From Thermodesulfobacteriota bacterium (GTDB taxonomy: Bacteria; Desulfobacterota; Anaeroferrophillalia; Anaeroferrophillales; Tharpellaceae), in contig JANTGZ010000003.1 of assembly GCA_024762675.1 (NCBI GenBank), forward strand, positions 1-62,565: 62,565 nucleotides of DNA. Reading direction: 5' to 3'. Each line of letters starts with the position of its first letter. Position 1 is the first letter of the stretch. Below the pieces are notes generated by a model. It searched no databases and was not told where the DNA came from. It saw only the letters and a program-made list of their open reading frames with translations. Both the position numbers and the translations under genes were made by a program. Shown piece after piece: positions 19,162 through 30,524 of this stretch.

Positions 19162-20126
19162 GCAAACCAGAAATTTCCATAGTCATCCCGGTTTTCAATG
19201 AGAAAGAGAACCTGCCGGAGCTAATTGATCGGACTTTGAGTGCGACCCGTAAATGCGAACTGGACTTTGAATTTATTATGGTTGACGATGGCAGTCGCGA
19301 CGGCTCTACAGAAATTATTTTAGAGGCTGCCGAGCGCTATCCCGAAATCATTGCCATAATTTTAAACCGCAATTACGGCCAGCATGCGGCGATTTTTGCG
19401 GGTTTCGAACAATGCCTGGGAGAGATTGTTATAACCCTGGATGCCGACCTCCAGAACCCTCCCGAAGAGATCCCGCAGCTGGTGCTGGCGATGGCCAACG
19501 GAGTTGATGTTGTCGGCACTGTCCGCCAGAACCGTCAGGACACATTTTTTCGACGCAGTGCTTCGGCACTGGTCAATCGCATGGTACAGAAAACCACCGG
19601 CGTCAGAATGCACGATTATGGCTGCATGCTCAGAGCCTACCGGCATTCAATCGTTACGGCCATGCTTGAGTGCCGGGAGCGCTCCACCTTCATCCCGATT
19701 TTGGCCAACAGTTTTGCCGGCAGCACGACAGAGATTCCGGTTCAACACGCTTCCCGGGAACACGGTGATTCAAAATACAGTGTTTTCAAACTGATCTCCC
19801 TACAGTTTGACCTGCTGACCTCAATGTCAACCTTCCCTTTACGTCTGCTCTCCTTTATGGGTACGATAATCGCCCTGTTCGGCATCGGTTTCGGCTCTCT
19901 GCTCATGTTCTTACGCTTTGTTTACGGGGCAATGTGGGCTGCCAATGGAGTTTTCACCCTATTTGCCGTCCTCTTCGTTTTTATCGGGGCCCAGTTTGTC
20001 GGTCTCGGCCTACTCGGCGAGTATATAGGTCGTATTTATCATGATGTCCGCTCCCGACCGCGGTTCTTCATTCAGGAAATTCGCGGGGCTGGTGGCAGCG
20101 CCCTTGAAACAGACCATAATCTCTAA
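19158..20126 (+). CDS. arnC: Undecaprenyl-phosphate Ara4FN transferase (GT2)
   Basis: [40 protein letters not shown], two C-terminal TM segments. Confidence 0.95.
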   Translation: MSKPEISIVIPVFNEKENLPELIDRTLSATRKCELDFEFIMVDDGSRDGSTEIILEAAERYPEIIAIILNRNYGQHAAIFAGFEQCLGEIVITLDADLQNPPEEIPQLVLAMANGVDVVGTVRQNRQDTFFRRSASALVNRMVQKTTGVRMHDYGCMLRAYRHSIVTAMLECRERSTFIPILANSFAGSTTEIPVQHASREHGDSKYSVFKLISLQFDLLTSMSTFPLRLLSFMGTIIALFGIGFGSLLMFLRFVYGAMWAANGVFTLFAVLFVFIGAQFVGLGLLGEYIGRIYHDVRSRPRFFIQEIRGAGGSALETDHNL

Positions 20127-20141
20127 ATACAAGGAAAAACC

Positions 20142-22130
20142 ATGAAAGCAATCGTTTTTGCCTACCATAATATTGGCTGCGCCGGTCTTAGGGCACTTCT
20201 TGATCAGGGCTTTACTGTCCAGGTGGTCATTACCCATGAAGATGATCCCCAGGAAAACATCTGGTTTGATTCAGTCGCGGAACTTGCCGCAAGCCACAAC
20301 ATCCCGGTTTACGCCCCGGAAGATATCAATCACCCTTTATGGGTTGAACGCTTGCGGAATATGCAAGCAGACATCATCTTCTCTTTCTACTACAGGAATC
20401 TGATCAGCCAGGAGATTCTCGATTTGGTGCCGGCCGGCGGACTTAACCTGCACGGCTCTCTGCTACCGCGTTATCGGGGGCGTTGCCCAGTCAACTGGGT
20501 ACTGGTCAACGGTGAAGCCGAAACGGGTGTCACCCTGCATTACATGACGGCAAAACCCGACGATGGTGATATTATCGGACAAAAATCAATCGCCATCAAC
20601 AGGCAGGAGACAGCGTTAACTCTTCATAAAAAACTTACCGCGACAACGACCACATTACTGGTGGAAGAACTGCCAAAAATCATCACCGGAGAGGCCGCAC
20701 GTACCCCCCAGAATGGAGCCTCAGCAAGCTATTTTGGCGGCCGTAAAGCTGAAGATGGAGAAATTGACTGGAACCTGGAGGCCACAACAATAGACAATCT
20801 TGTCCGCGCCGTTACCCGGCCTTACCCCGGGGCCTTCTCTTTCATAGGCAAGCAAAAATGTATTTTCTGGCAAGTTAGAGTCATCGCGAACGATAAAACC
20901 GCGCCCCCGGGAACGATTCTTTCGACCACCCCGCTGACCGTTGCCTGCGCCGACGGGGCACTGGAGATTGAGTTTGCACAAACCGATAACGGCATCTTCA
21001 TTGGAGGTCAACAGTTGGCCCGGGAACTTAATCTTGCCTCCGGCATGCGCTTTGGTCGCCAGAGCACGCTGGTTTTAGCCCAACAACGCAAAAAACGAGT
21101 TTTAATCCTCGGCGTCAACGGTTTTATCGGCAACCATCTCAGCGAACGATTATTGGAAAGTGGCCACTACGAAGTTTACGGCATGGATCTCCGCTCCAAC
21201 ACCATCAGCCATCTCCTTGGTCATCCCGATTTCCACTTCAAAGAGGGTGATATCGCGATCATGCATGAGTGGATTGAGTATCATGTCCGCAAATGTGACA
21301 TTATTCTACCGCTCGTGGCTATCGCCACCCCCATAGAATATGTGCGCAATCCATTAAGGGTTTTTGAACTCGATTTTGAAGAAAATCTGCGTATCGTCCG
21401 CCACTGTGTTAAATATAATAAACGCCTGATCTTTCCCTCGACTTCGGAGGTTTACGGCATGTGCCAGGATGCCGAATTTGATGAACATAGTTCAAATCTG
21501 GTGCTCGGCCCCATCCACAAACAACGCTGGATTTACTCCTGCTGCAAACAGATGCTCGATCGGGTAATCTGGGCCTACGGCACCACCCGGGGCCTGAAAT
21601 TTTCTCTCTTTCGACCTTTTAACTGGGTCGGACCAAAACTTGACTCCCTGGATTCCGCCCGTATCGGCAGCTCCCGGGTCATCACTCAATTCATTCTCAA
21701 TCTGGTGGAAGGCACCCCGATCCGCCTGGTCGATGGTGGTCACCAGAAAAGATGTTTTACCGACATCAAGGACGGCATCGAATGTCTTTTCAGGATTATC
21801 GAGAACCGTAACGGCAACTGTGACAGTCAGATTTTCAATATCGGTAATCCTGACCATGAATTCAGCATGCGGGAATTAGCGGAAATCCTGCTGAGGGAAT
21901 TTGCCGACCATCCCTTGCGGGCTCATTTTCCACCGAATGGCGGTCTAAAAGATATTGAGGCTCGAACCTTTTATGGTTCCGGTTATCAAGATGTACAACA
22001 CCGCCACCCTTCTATAGAACAGGCGAGAAAACGTTTGGACTGGGAGCCCAAAGTCCCTTTTTCTACGTCAGTGGCTAAGACCCTTGACTATTTCCTGCAG
22101 GATCTGATCAACTCACAGGAGCAAAAGTAA
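20142..22130 (+). CDS. arnA: Bifunctional UDP-glucuronate decarboxylase / UDP-Ara4N formyltransferase
   Basis: N-terminal formyltransferase ([12 protein letters not shown]), C-terminal SDR ([29 protein letters not shown]). Confidence 0.97.
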   Translation: MKAIVFAYHNIGCAGLRALLDQGFTVQVVITHEDDPQENIWFDSVAELAASHNIPVYAPEDINHPLWVERLRNMQADIIFSFYYRNLISQEILDLVPAGGLNLHGSLLPRYRGRCPVNWVLVNGEAETGVTLHYMTAKPDDGDIIGQKSIAINRQETALTLHKKLTATTTTLLVEELPKIITGEAARTPQNGASASYFGGRKAEDGEIDWNLEATTIDNLVRAVTRPYPGAFSFIGKQKCIFWQVRVIANDKTAPPGTILSTTPLTVACADGALEIEFAQTDNGIFIGGQQLARELNLASGMRFGRQSTLVLAQQRKKRVLILGVNGFIGNHLSERLLESGHYEVYGMDLRSNTISHLLGHPDFHFKEGDIAIMHEWIEYHVRKCDIILPLVAIATPIEYVRNPLRVFELDFEENLRIVRHCVKYNKRLIFPSTSEVYGMCQDAEFDEHSSNLVLGPIHKQRWIYSCCKQMLDRVIWAYGTTRGLKFSLFRPFNWVGPKLDSLDSARIGSSRVITQFILNLVEGTPIRLVDGGHQKRCFTDIKDGIECLFRIIENRNGNCDSQIFNIGNPDHEFSMRELAEILLREFADHPLRAHFPPNGGLKDIEARTFYGSGYQDVQHRHPSIEQARKRLDWEPKVPFSTSVAKTLDYFLQDLINSQEQK

Positions 22131-23044
22131 TGCCGCAGGTAGGTCTGCGCATCGATGTTGACACCCTGCGCGGTACCCGGTGCGGGATACCGAATCTACT
22201 CAAACTTTTAGATTGTCATAACATCAAGGCAACTATTTTTTTCTCAGTCGGCCCGGACAATATGGGTCGCCACCTCTGGCGCCTGCTGCGTCCGGCATTC
22301 TTGTTGAAGATGCTGAGGACCCAGGCCACCAGTCTTTATGGCTGGGACATCCTCCTGCGGGGTACCTTATGGCCCGGACCATTGATCGGCAATATCTGCA
22401 GCGACATAATCCACAAGGCCGGTGAGGCCGGTCATGAGATTGGACTGCATGCCTGGGATCATCACCGCTGGCAGAGTCAGCTTGAAAACCTCGACCAGAA
22501 TGCCCTGAATCAAGATCTTACTCGCGGCTACAGACAGCTTACGAGGATACTGGGTATCCCTCCGTCCTGTTTTGCTGCCCCGGCCTGGCGTATCACACCG
22601 ACGGCCCTACAAACGCTTGCGCAATTTCCATTTAATTTCACCTCCGATTGCCGAGGCACTTCTATTTTCAGACCCCAAATAGATAGTACTTCTGAGAGTG
22701 TGAATGAACCCCAACTGCATATTCAGATCCCCAGCACACTGCCTACCTATGATGAGCTTATCGGCCAAAAGTGTACACCTGAAACTTACAACGACTACCT
22801 TCTCGACCTGATCAGACCCGAAAATCTAAATGTTTTAACTATCCATGCCGAGGTCGAAGGCATCTGTTGCCTGCAACTGTTTAGCGATTTTCTCGAGAAA
22901 GCCCGGTCGCGAAAGATTATATTTAAACCCTTAGGTAAGCTCCTCCCGCAAACTACAAAAATAGAAACCACCCCAATCCAACAAAAAAACCTGCCCGGAA
23001 GAGAGGGCTGGATTTCCTGCCAGGATGGAATAGTTGACTGCTAA
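22130..23044 (+). CDS. arnD: Undecaprenyl-phosphate-Ara4FN deformylase
   Basis: GLRIDVDTLRGT, SVGPDNMGRHLWR, HAWDH, TIHAEVEG. Confidence 0.95.
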   Translation: MPQVGLRIDVDTLRGTRCGIPNLLKLLDCHNIKATIFFSVGPDNMGRHLWRLLRPAFLLKMLRTQATSLYGWDILLRGTLWPGPLIGNICSDIIHKAGEAGHEIGLHAWDHHRWQSQLENLDQNALNQDLTRGYRQLTRILGIPPSCFAAPAWRITPTALQTLAQFPFNFTSDCRGTSIFRPQIDSTSESVNEPQLHIQIPSTLPTYDELIGQKCTPETYNDYLLDLIRPENLNVLTIHAEVEGICCLQLFSDFLEKARSRKIIFKPLGKLLPQTTKIETTPIQQKNLPGREGWISCQDGIVDC

Positions 23045-23049
23045 AGTAT

Positions 23050-24798
23050 TTGCATAAACAGGCAATAATGATGAAACAACTCAAAAGTAAGTACTCGTTC
23101 CTTTACAGGTATCGCTACGAAGTTCTGCTCCTGGCTCTTTTTTTGTGCATCTATATTATCCCCTTGGGGGCTCGCCCGCTAATGGTTCCAGACGAAACCC
23201 GTTATGCCGAGATTCCCCGTGAGATGCTGACTAGTGGCAACTGGGTATCTCCCCACCTTAACGGGCTCCGCTACTTCGAAAAACCTGCTCTTGGTTATTG
23301 GGTTCACGCAATATCTCTGAGATTATTTGGGGAAAATAATTTTGCCGTACGTCTACCTTCAGCCTTAGCGGTTGGACTCTCAGCTCTACTACTTTATATC
23401 CTCTTCCGGCACTTTTTATTTAAAGAGCCTGACGATTCGACAAAACTTCAAGCCCATCCAACCCCTTCAGCAACGCTTGCCCCACTCATCTTTTTGACCT
23501 GTGCCGAGGTTTTTGGGGTCGGCAATACGGCTGTTCTCGATAACCTCTTAGCTTTTTTTCTGACCGCAACCATCATAACTTTCTTTTTTGCGACTGAGGC
23601 CTCACCCGGGTCAATGCAGGAAAAAAAACTTCTCCTGCTCTCCGGAACCGCCTGTGGTCTGGCATTTCTAACCAAAGGATTTCTCGCTTTTGCGGTTCCA
23701 GTATTAAGCCTTGGTGCCTATCTGCTCTGGCAGCGCCGCTTTCGAGACCTATGGCGTATGAGCGGCTTACCCCTGCTGGCAGCCACACTAGTGGCACTGC
23801 CGTGGAGTATCTTAATCCATCTTAAAGAACCGGATTTCTGGAATTTCTTTTTCTGGAACGAGCACATTCGCCGCTTTCTGTCGGACAGTGCCCAACACAA
23901 AAAACCCTTCTACTTTTACATGATGGCCACGCCCGGCCTGATCATGCCCTGGTTCCCGGTAACCCCAACTGCAATTGCCGGCGTTAAAGCAATTTTTCGC
24001 AAACCCGATATATCCGGGCGCCTGATGCGACTGGCAATCTGTTGGCTGGTAATGCCTTTTCTCTTTTTTTCCTGTGCCGGTGGTAAAATATTAACCTACA
24101 TCCTCCCCTGCTTTCCACCTTTTGCCATCCTCATGGCCATGGGCCTTGTTAAAGGACTTGAGCAAAAGAAGTGGAATAAGTTTTTCAGGTGGGGAGCTTT
24201 CGCCAACCTGCTGTTTTTTGCACTTCTGTTACTGGGCTTTGTGGTTCTGCAATTTTTTTCTTTTAACGGCTTTCGACCCTACACTTCGAACAGACAGCTT
24301 CTGCTCGCCATTATAGCCCTGATTTTTGCAATTGGATTTGCCTGGGGATCCTTTGCGTGCCCGCAAAGAGAGCGTAAAATTGTTCTCTTCGCCTTAATTC
24401 CAAGCCTCATTTTTTTATCTGCGGGATTCCTGCTTCCTGATCTGACTATCGAAAAAAAAGCACCCGGCATTCTCCTGCAACGCCACCTCGAAGAGATCGA
24501 CCCAGATACCATAATAATCTCTGAGAAAAGAGCTGTCAGAGCCGTCTGCTGGTACCTGAAACGAAATAATGTCTATATACTGGGCAGCGGAGGTGAGCTT
24601 AAATATGGGCTGACCTATAAAAGTGCCAAGAGCCGACAATTAAACCTTGAAAACGCAACCGCTCTGATCCGCCAGAATCCGGGCAAGGTGTTACTGGTTG
24701 CCCGAAGCCGAATCATAAAAGAGTGGGAAATACAGTTACCCCAACCCGTTTTGCAGGATAGCAGTGGGCCTTCCGGCTACAGCCTATGGAGATTTTAA
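23050..24798 (+). CDS. arnT: 4-amino-4-deoxy-L-arabinose transferase, copy 2 (in operon)
   Basis: PDETRYAEIPREM, YFEKPALGYW, FLTKGFLA; directly after arnD. Start may be an ATG a few codons downstream. Confidence 0.9.
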   Translation: MHKQAIMMKQLKSKYSFLYRYRYEVLLLALFLCIYIIPLGARPLMVPDETRYAEIPREMLTSGNWVSPHLNGLRYFEKPALGYWVHAISLRLFGENNFAVRLPSALAVGLSALLLYILFRHFLFKEPDDSTKLQAHPTPSATLAPLIFLTCAEVFGVGNTAVLDNLLAFFLTATIITFFFATEASPGSMQEKKLLLLSGTACGLAFLTKGFLAFAVPVLSLGAYLLWQRRFRDLWRMSGLPLLAATLVALPWSILIHLKEPDFWNFFFWNEHIRRFLSDSAQHKKPFYFYMMATPGLIMPWFPVTPTAIAGVKAIFRKPDISGRLMRLAICWLVMPFLFFSCAGGKILTYILPCFPPFAILMAMGLVKGLEQKKWNKFFRWGAFANLLFFALLLLGFVVLQFFSFNGFRPYTSNRQLLLAIIALIFAIGFAWGSFACPQRERKIVLFALIPSLIFLSAGFLLPDLTIEKKAPGILLQRHLEEIDPDTIIISEKRAVRAVCWYLKRNNVYILGSGGELKYGLTYKSAKSRQLNLENATALIRQNPGKVLLVARSRIIKEWEIQLPQPVLQDSSGPSGYSLWRF

Positions 24799-24801
24799 GC
24801 T

Positions 24802-26538
24802 ATGGATGACAAACAAATGGTTGCTGAGACCGTTACATCAGATTTTCACAATGACCCGACAAAATCGTTATCTAGAACAGTCCTCATTCTGGCAGTTATT
24901 ATTATATGTTTCCTCGGAATATTTAATCGTGACCTGTGGACCCCTGATGAACCTCGAGTTGCGGCCATTTCTCTGGAAATGAGCCGCAACGGCAATCTGA
25001 TTATACCCCACCTTGCCGGAAGACCTTTTATTGAAAAACCGCCCCTCTATTTTGCCGTTGCTGCGGGCCTGATACATACCATAGGATCTATAGTCGGCAA
25101 TACCGGGGCCATACGTTTCACTTCAACCCTTTTTGCCCTGGCCACACTACTGGTCTCATTTCTATTGGCAAAACGTTTAAACGGAAAATCCTTCGCCTTT
25201 TTATCCTTAATTATCCTGGGCACCATGGCCGGCTTCGTTGAAAATTTTCACTGGATACGAGTCGACCCCGCCTTAAGTTTTTTCGTGGTTGCTGCCCTTT
25301 GGTGCTTTGCTGAGGGTTACCTTGGTGGGCGAGCCCGCTTCTTAACTTTAGCCGGCCTCTTTGGCGCCGGGGCATTTCTAAGCAAGGGTCTGATCGGACC
25401 GATACTGATCGCACTCCCCTGGACCGGGCTGTTTTTCATTTGGCTAAGAAAGAGAGGGAAAGCCGGTCAAAAAAAAGACTTTTTTATTACGGAACATTTG
25501 TTCGGCATCTTCATTTTCATTTTCATTACCGGACTCTGGATTATCTTGTTAAAAATGACCGGCAGCCCGGAGCTCTGGCATGAATGGTTCTGGGTTAATC
25601 AGGTAGGACGTTTGACCGGCACAGCTGATCTGGGCCATCTTCGCCCCGGCCAACCTTTTTATTACATAACTACATTAGCCCTCTACAGCACACCTTGGCT
25701 GCCTTTGGTGATTGTCTGGTTTGTTCGGGTATGTAAAAGTTCCTGGCGGAAACAAGCTGTTTCTTCAGAGAATCTCTTTTTCTTGCTTTGGGGCCTGGGA
25801 ACCATCCTTTTTTTATCCCTCTCGGTAACCAAACGCAGTATTTATCTCTATCCTGCGCTGCCGGTTTTTGCAATGATGGGAGCAATGGTTTTAAAACAGG
25901 GGTTAACTCGCTGGTTTAAAATTTATGTTACGGCATGGACATTAATATGCGCAGCTATAATGGCTCTTATCACAATCCTTCCGCTAGCTTCCGGACTCTT
26001 CCAGGCCTACGTTCCAGAACGCGTGTTCGGTTGCCTGAGCGCTTTCGGGGTCGACAATTTAATTGCCGGGATGGCTTTCATATATTGTCTCTATCTCATT
26101 TTGAAACGCCGGAAGATAGACCCGGTTTTCCGCTTTACGGCGGTAACGGTCATGATATACATAGTTGCCTTTACGGGCCCCCTGCTGGCCGTTGACCGCG
26201 CCAAGAGCATGCAAGCCGGAATGGAGGCATTTGCCGAACATATAGCAACAGGAAAAAGAGATCGGGTTGCGGGATGGAATTTCAGCGAAACAATGCTGGC
26301 TAATTTCTATTACTACTGCGACTGGTCAGTTCCACAGATCGAAAGTGAAGAACACCTGCAAACAATTTTACAACATAAAGATGACAAGTATGATACAATT
26401 ATCATCAACAAGACCCGTTCCCTTAAAAATCTGCTCAAGTCACCCTATCATGTCATCGCAGAGGGAAATCCACGACACTCCCGCAAAAGCAAAAGACACA
26501 TCTATTGGGTCGAAGGGATTGATTTTACAGGAAAATAA
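24802..26538 (+). CDS. Divergent ArnT-family (GT83) glycosyltransferase
   Basis: LWTPDEPRVAAISLEM, FIEKPPLYF, FLSKGLIG, KRSIYLYPALP. Confidence 0.85.
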   Translation: MDDKQMVAETVTSDFHNDPTKSLSRTVLILAVIIICFLGIFNRDLWTPDEPRVAAISLEMSRNGNLIIPHLAGRPFIEKPPLYFAVAAGLIHTIGSIVGNTGAIRFTSTLFALATLLVSFLLAKRLNGKSFAFLSLIILGTMAGFVENFHWIRVDPALSFFVVAALWCFAEGYLGGRARFLTLAGLFGAGAFLSKGLIGPILIALPWTGLFFIWLRKRGKAGQKKDFFITEHLFGIFIFIFITGLWIILLKMTGSPELWHEWFWVNQVGRLTGTADLGHLRPGQPFYYITTLALYSTPWLPLVIVWFVRVCKSSWRKQAVSSENLFFLLWGLGTILFLSLSVTKRSIYLYPALPVFAMMGAMVLKQGLTRWFKIYVTAWTLICAAIMALITILPLASGLFQAYVPERVFGCLSAFGVDNLIAGMAFIYCLYLILKRRKIDPVFRFTAVTVMIYIVAFTGPLLAVDRAKSMQAGMEAFAEHIATGKRDRVAGWNFSETMLANFYYYCDWSVPQIESEEHLQTILQHKDDKYDTIIINKTRSLKNLLKSPYHVIAEGNPRHSRKSKRHIYWVEGIDFTGK

Positions 26539-26541
26539 GTT

Positions 26542-26913
26542 ATGACCAAATACCTCCCATTGATAATTTCAGGAGTGATGCTGAATGCTGCAGCGCAACT
26601 GGCTCTTAAGCAAGGGATGCGTAATATCGGCTATTTTGAGTTCCGCCTCGAAAACTGCCAGCAGATTTTTTGGGCAATCGCGACCAGCCCCTCAATTATT
26701 ACCGGTTTATTCTGTTATGTCATTAGTGTCACCGTCTGGCTCCTGGTGCTCTCACGGGTAGAGGTCAGCTTCGCCTATCCCTTACTCTCCATTGGCTACA
26801 TCGTCACAGCAGTTGCCGGTTGGCGTTTCTTTGACGAGTCAATGAGCCTGACCCGCTGGGGAGGAATCATTGTTATTTGTATAGGAGTCTGGCTGATTAC
26901 CAGAACCGGATGA
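26542..26913 (+). CDS. EamA/SMR-type Ara4N-phosphoundecaprenol flippase (ArnE/ArnF-like)
   Basis: 123 aa, 4 TM segments, WLLVLSRVEVSFAYPLLSIGY; end of the arn operon. Confidence 0.85.
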   Translation: MTKYLPLIISGVMLNAAAQLALKQGMRNIGYFEFRLENCQQIFWAIATSPSIITGLFCYVISVTVWLLVLSRVEVSFAYPLLSIGYIVTAVAGWRFFDESMSLTRWGGIIVICIGVWLITRTG

Positions 26914-26993
26914 TACATGGCTAAAGTCAGTGGTACCCCGCTGGAAATCTATTTACATTTTCGCACTAAACCGTTTGTATCTGATTTACAACC

Positions 26994-28175
26994 ATGCCAA
27001 TTATTAACCGATATTTGCAGAGGGAGATATTACTCCCCTTTTTTTACACACTACTGGTAGTGGTGTTTATCCTTCTATTCGGGCAACTCTTTAAACTTGT
27101 TAATATGGTGGTTTCTGAGGGGATTCGGGTATGGGATATTACGCGAATGGTTATTGACATGATTCCCCAAATGATGACAATGGCTTTGCCCATATCGTTC
27201 TTTTTCGCGGTGTTGGTAGGAGTTGGGCGCTTGGTTGGTGATAGTGAAGTGGTTGCTCTAACGGCTGCAGGGGTATCACCGTTTAAAATTTTTATTCCAG
27301 TTTTGCAGATTGCGATTTTCTGTACCATAACAACTTTACTGATGAGCACCTGGCTGGCTCCTTTTGGGATACGCCATTTACGCAAAGTAACCTTTGATAT
27401 TCTTCGGGAAAAAGTCACGTTAGCGTTACACTCCCAAAGGCTTAATCTCGCATTCCCTAATATGGCCATATACCTGGGTGAGATAGATCGGGAAAGTGGC
27501 CGGGTGGCATCGGTTTTCATTGAGGATCGGCGGCGTAGTGAGCATCCGCAGACGATTACGGCTTTAAAAGGGATGATTGTCAGCGACCTTCAGACTTCGA
27601 CCCTGTTACTGCAACTTGAGAATGGCACAATTCATGAGTACGACCAGCAGGGCGAGAGTTATCAGGTGACTGATTTTTCTCAATATCGGATTAATTTTGC
27701 AATCTCTGCCCTCTTGGGCGCAAAGCTCCATGTCGGGCTTATGAACAAGGCCAGGTCTAACTCTGATTTAATACAGAAGATAGCTTTAGAAAAGAGTCAG
27801 GGGGAAGAAACGGCCAGGACTGTGGCAACACTATATGAGCGTTTTACTCAGCCTTTTTCCTGTCTTGCTTTTGCTCTGCTGGGGGTGGCACTGGCACTGG
27901 TACCAGTGCGCAGCGGAGCTCGCTTTCAAGGCTTTATTTTCGGGCTCCTGTTTCTATTAGCTTATTACTTAACTGGTATGATTGCCGAGCCCCTAACTAA
28001 ATGGCAACCTTCTCTGGCACCATTTTTTTTCTGTTTGCCGAATCTTATTTTTATCCTTTTAGGAACTTTGTTGTTGACAATAAAGCAGTACGAAATAGAG
28101 TTTTCTAATTTTTTTTGGAAAAGATTGATGAGCGTCTTGAAATACTCGGTTTACTTAAAAAGGAAAAGTTGGTAG
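26994..28175 (+). CDS. lptF: LptF/LptG-family LPS export permease (LptF-like)
   Basis: IINRYLQREI, GRLVGDSEVVALTAAGVS, periplasmic TITA..G...L.LENG, ERF..PFSCLAFALLGV.L. Confidence 0.8.
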   Translation: MPIINRYLQREILLPFFYTLLVVVFILLFGQLFKLVNMVVSEGIRVWDITRMVIDMIPQMMTMALPISFFFAVLVGVGRLVGDSEVVALTAAGVSPFKIFIPVLQIAIFCTITTLLMSTWLAPFGIRHLRKVTFDILREKVTLALHSQRLNLAFPNMAIYLGEIDRESGRVASVFIEDRRRSEHPQTITALKGMIVSDLQTSTLLLQLENGTIHEYDQQGESYQVTDFSQYRINFAISALLGAKLHVGLMNKARSNSDLIQKIALEKSQGEETARTVATLYERFTQPFSCLAFALLGVALALVPVRSGARFQGFIFGLLFLLAYYLTGMIAEPLTKWQPSLAPFFFCLPNLIFILLGTLLLTIKQYEIEFSNFFWKRLMSVLKYSVYLKRKSW

Positions 28176-28196
28176 TCTTACCACCGTCTGCTAAAA

Positions 28197-28428
28197 AAAC
28201 TTTGCCTTAATGAAATTCTATTCTCTCTACGGTTTTATGCGAGAGGGCAAGCTGGCAGTGCTCGAACCTAAAGCTGAACCTCAAACTTATAAGGTTGAGG
28301 GCGACAACCTGCAGCCTTTGCCCCATGACCTGGAACTCGAAAGCGACGCCCTGGCCCTGCTGACTACCGCCTCACATCTCTACCAGGAACAGCGCCATGA
28401 TCTGCCGATCTCTTTAGCCGGAAACTAA
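28197..28428 (+). pseudogene. Probable C-terminal remnant of a second LTA-synthase-family gene
   Basis: NFALMKFYSLYGFMREGKLAVLEPK...DALALLTTASHLY aligns by eye with the C-terminus of 15327..17243 (RALIANYVKLGLLRDDKLLVLSPR...DCQAFYQGADH). Confidence 0.5.
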
Positions 28429-28430
28429 CA

Positions 28431-29108
28431 ATGAAAATCCTGCTCGTCGAAGATGATCCTCAACTGCAAATACAGATACAAAACCTGCTCTCAGAACAGC
28501 GCTATCTGGTCGATACCGCCGCTGATGGAAATCGGGCTCTGGATAAAATCTTTGCCGAGAGTTACGACCTGATTCTCTTAGACATCATGCTGCCTCAAGT
28601 TGACGGACTAACCATTTTACAGGAGATGCGCCGCGCCCACATTATTACTCCGGTGCTCCTCTTGACTGCCAAAGGCTCGGTTGAAGATCGGGTCAAGGGG
28701 CTTGATTACGGAGCCGACGACTATCTTGCCAAGCCCTTTTCGATAGCAGAGCTGCTGGCTCGTATTAGAGCACTGCTACGCCGTCCGGGGCGTGAGTGTG
28801 ATAGTCTCCTGAAGGTTGGCGACATCACCCTCGACACCGTCAGTCGCAAAGTCACAAAGGCCAGGGAAAATCTCGATCTGACCCCCAAGGAGTTTTCCCT
28901 GCTGGAATTCCTCCTCTACAACAAAAATCAGCCGGCTTCCCGCATCACCCTGGCCGAACATGTCTGGGGGGATGATTTCGATCCCTTTACGATGTCTAAC
29001 ACCATTGATGTCCACATTAAAAACCTGCGTCGGAAAATTGATCCTGAATGTGCAAATAGTTCATTAATAAAAACCGTTCGCGGGATCGGCTTCGTGATTG
29101 AAGAGTAA
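28431..29108 (+). CDS. OmpR-family response regulator
   Basis: LLVEDD, LLDIMLP, LLLTAK, GADDYLAKPF, winged helix DVHIKNLRRKI...TVRGIGF. Confidence 0.95.
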   Translation: MKILLVEDDPQLQIQIQNLLSEQRYLVDTAADGNRALDKIFAESYDLILLDIMLPQVDGLTILQEMRRAHIITPVLLLTAKGSVEDRVKGLDYGADDYLAKPFSIAELLARIRALLRRPGRECDSLLKVGDITLDTVSRKVTKARENLDLTPKEFSLLEFLLYNKNQPASRITLAEHVWGDDFDPFTMSNTIDVHIKNLRRKIDPECANSSLIKTVRGIGFVIEE

Positions 29109-29114
29109 TTTTTC

Positions 29115-30524
29115 ATGAAAATTCGCACAAAAATCAGCCTTTGGATTACCAGTGCCGGAATCATCGTCAGCATGGTGTTCTCCCTGATTGTTTTCTATGA
29201 GATGGCTGAGCAGACCTACGAACAGTTAGACGACGAGCTCAAAGCAACCGTTAACAACGTTTTTAAGATAATCAAAAAGAACGAGTTCGAAAACAGTGAC
29301 CAGACCTCTCTGTCAGCGCAAGTTCTTCTCAACAACCAACGCTACTGGATTCGTGCCTTCCGGGCAGGCACGCCGATCTATTCGTCCAGTCTGGCACAAA
29401 TCATTGACCTGCCGCTTAATCCCCGAAAGAAAAGATATTCCGTCAGCGTCAAGATCCCACGAGAAAAGATCGACCTTGATCAAGATCGCTATAATGAGGT
29501 GACATTTCGGGTTCGATCTATAAAGGTTTCCGCCCTGCATGCCCCTCCGGGCTATCACATCTATGCCGCACTGCCCATGGAAGAACTTGAAGAAGAGATC
29601 ATCGAGCTAATCATATTCATCTCTCTGGGACTATTCTTTTCAACCATACTGCTGATTCTTATCAGCTATTTTCTGGCTGGCCATATCCTCCGACCAGTTC
29701 GGAAAATCACCAACCTTGCCCAGGAAATCAATGAAAACGATCTGACCCGCCGCATCCTCTTAAACTCCAGTCAAGATGAACTCTATGATCTCTCTTTTGC
29801 CTTAAACCAGATGCTTGATCGCCTGCAGCGCTCTTTTACTCGCCAGAAACAGTTTCTCGCTGACGCAGCCCATGAGCTCAACACCCCGATGACCAGTGTC
29901 CAGCTCTTTATGGAACAGGGCCTGCTTAACCGCGAACTGCCGGCCCCTTTTTACAAAGGTCTACAGCAACAGCAGCAGGTTTTGATGCGTATAAGACGTC
30001 TCCTGCACGACCTTATGACCCTCTCATGGCTGGAACTCGGACGTAAACTCAAACCCGAAACCTTTGACCTGAAAGCCGCAACCGCATCCGTGATTGAAGA
30101 TTTCAAACCCTTGCTAGAGTTAAAAAATATTGACTTGGCCAGTTCTCTGCCGGAAAGCCTGAACTACTTAGGAGACCCCGATCAACTCCATCGGGTTCTG
30201 GTCAATATTATCGACAATGCCATCAAATATAATTTACAATCAGGAAAACTTATTGTCAGACTGGAAAAATTACCGGAAACGATTCGGCTTACGGTAAGCA
30301 ACACCGCACTGCCGATTGCGGAAGCGGATCTGGAGCAGGTTTTTGAGCAGTTTTATCGAGTCGAAAAATCACGTTCTAAAGAGTTTGGCGGCTGTGGCCT
30401 GGGTCTGACCATCGTCAGGGAGGTTGTCAGACTGCACGGCGGCCAGGTATCTCTTACAAACGAGCCGCCGGATATGATCAACTTGCGCATTACCCTTCCC
30501 CTAGCTTTCAAAAAACCAGCATAA
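29115..30524 (+). CDS. HAMP sensor histidine kinase
   Basis: Two TM segments, HAMP, H-box ADAAHELNTP, N-box NIIDNAIKYN, FEQFYR, GCGLGL. Confidence 0.95.
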   Translation: MKIRTKISLWITSAGIIVSMVFSLIVFYEMAEQTYEQLDDELKATVNNVFKIIKKNEFENSDQTSLSAQVLLNNQRYWIRAFRAGTPIYSSSLAQIIDLPLNPRKKRYSVSVKIPREKIDLDQDRYNEVTFRVRSIKVSALHAPPGYHIYAALPMEELEEEIIELIIFISLGLFFSTILLILISYFLAGHILRPVRKITNLAQEINENDLTRRILLNSSQDELYDLSFALNQMLDRLQRSFTRQKQFLADAAHELNTPMTSVQLFMEQGLLNRELPAPFYKGLQQQQQVLMRIRRLLHDLMTLSWLELGRKLKPETFDLKAATASVIEDFKPLLELKNIDLASSLPESLNYLGDPDQLHRVLVNIIDNAIKYNLQSGKLIVRLEKLPETIRLTVSNTALPIAEADLEQVFEQFYRVEKSRSKEFGGCGLGLTIVREVVRLHGGQVSLTNEPPDMINLRITLPLAFKKPA

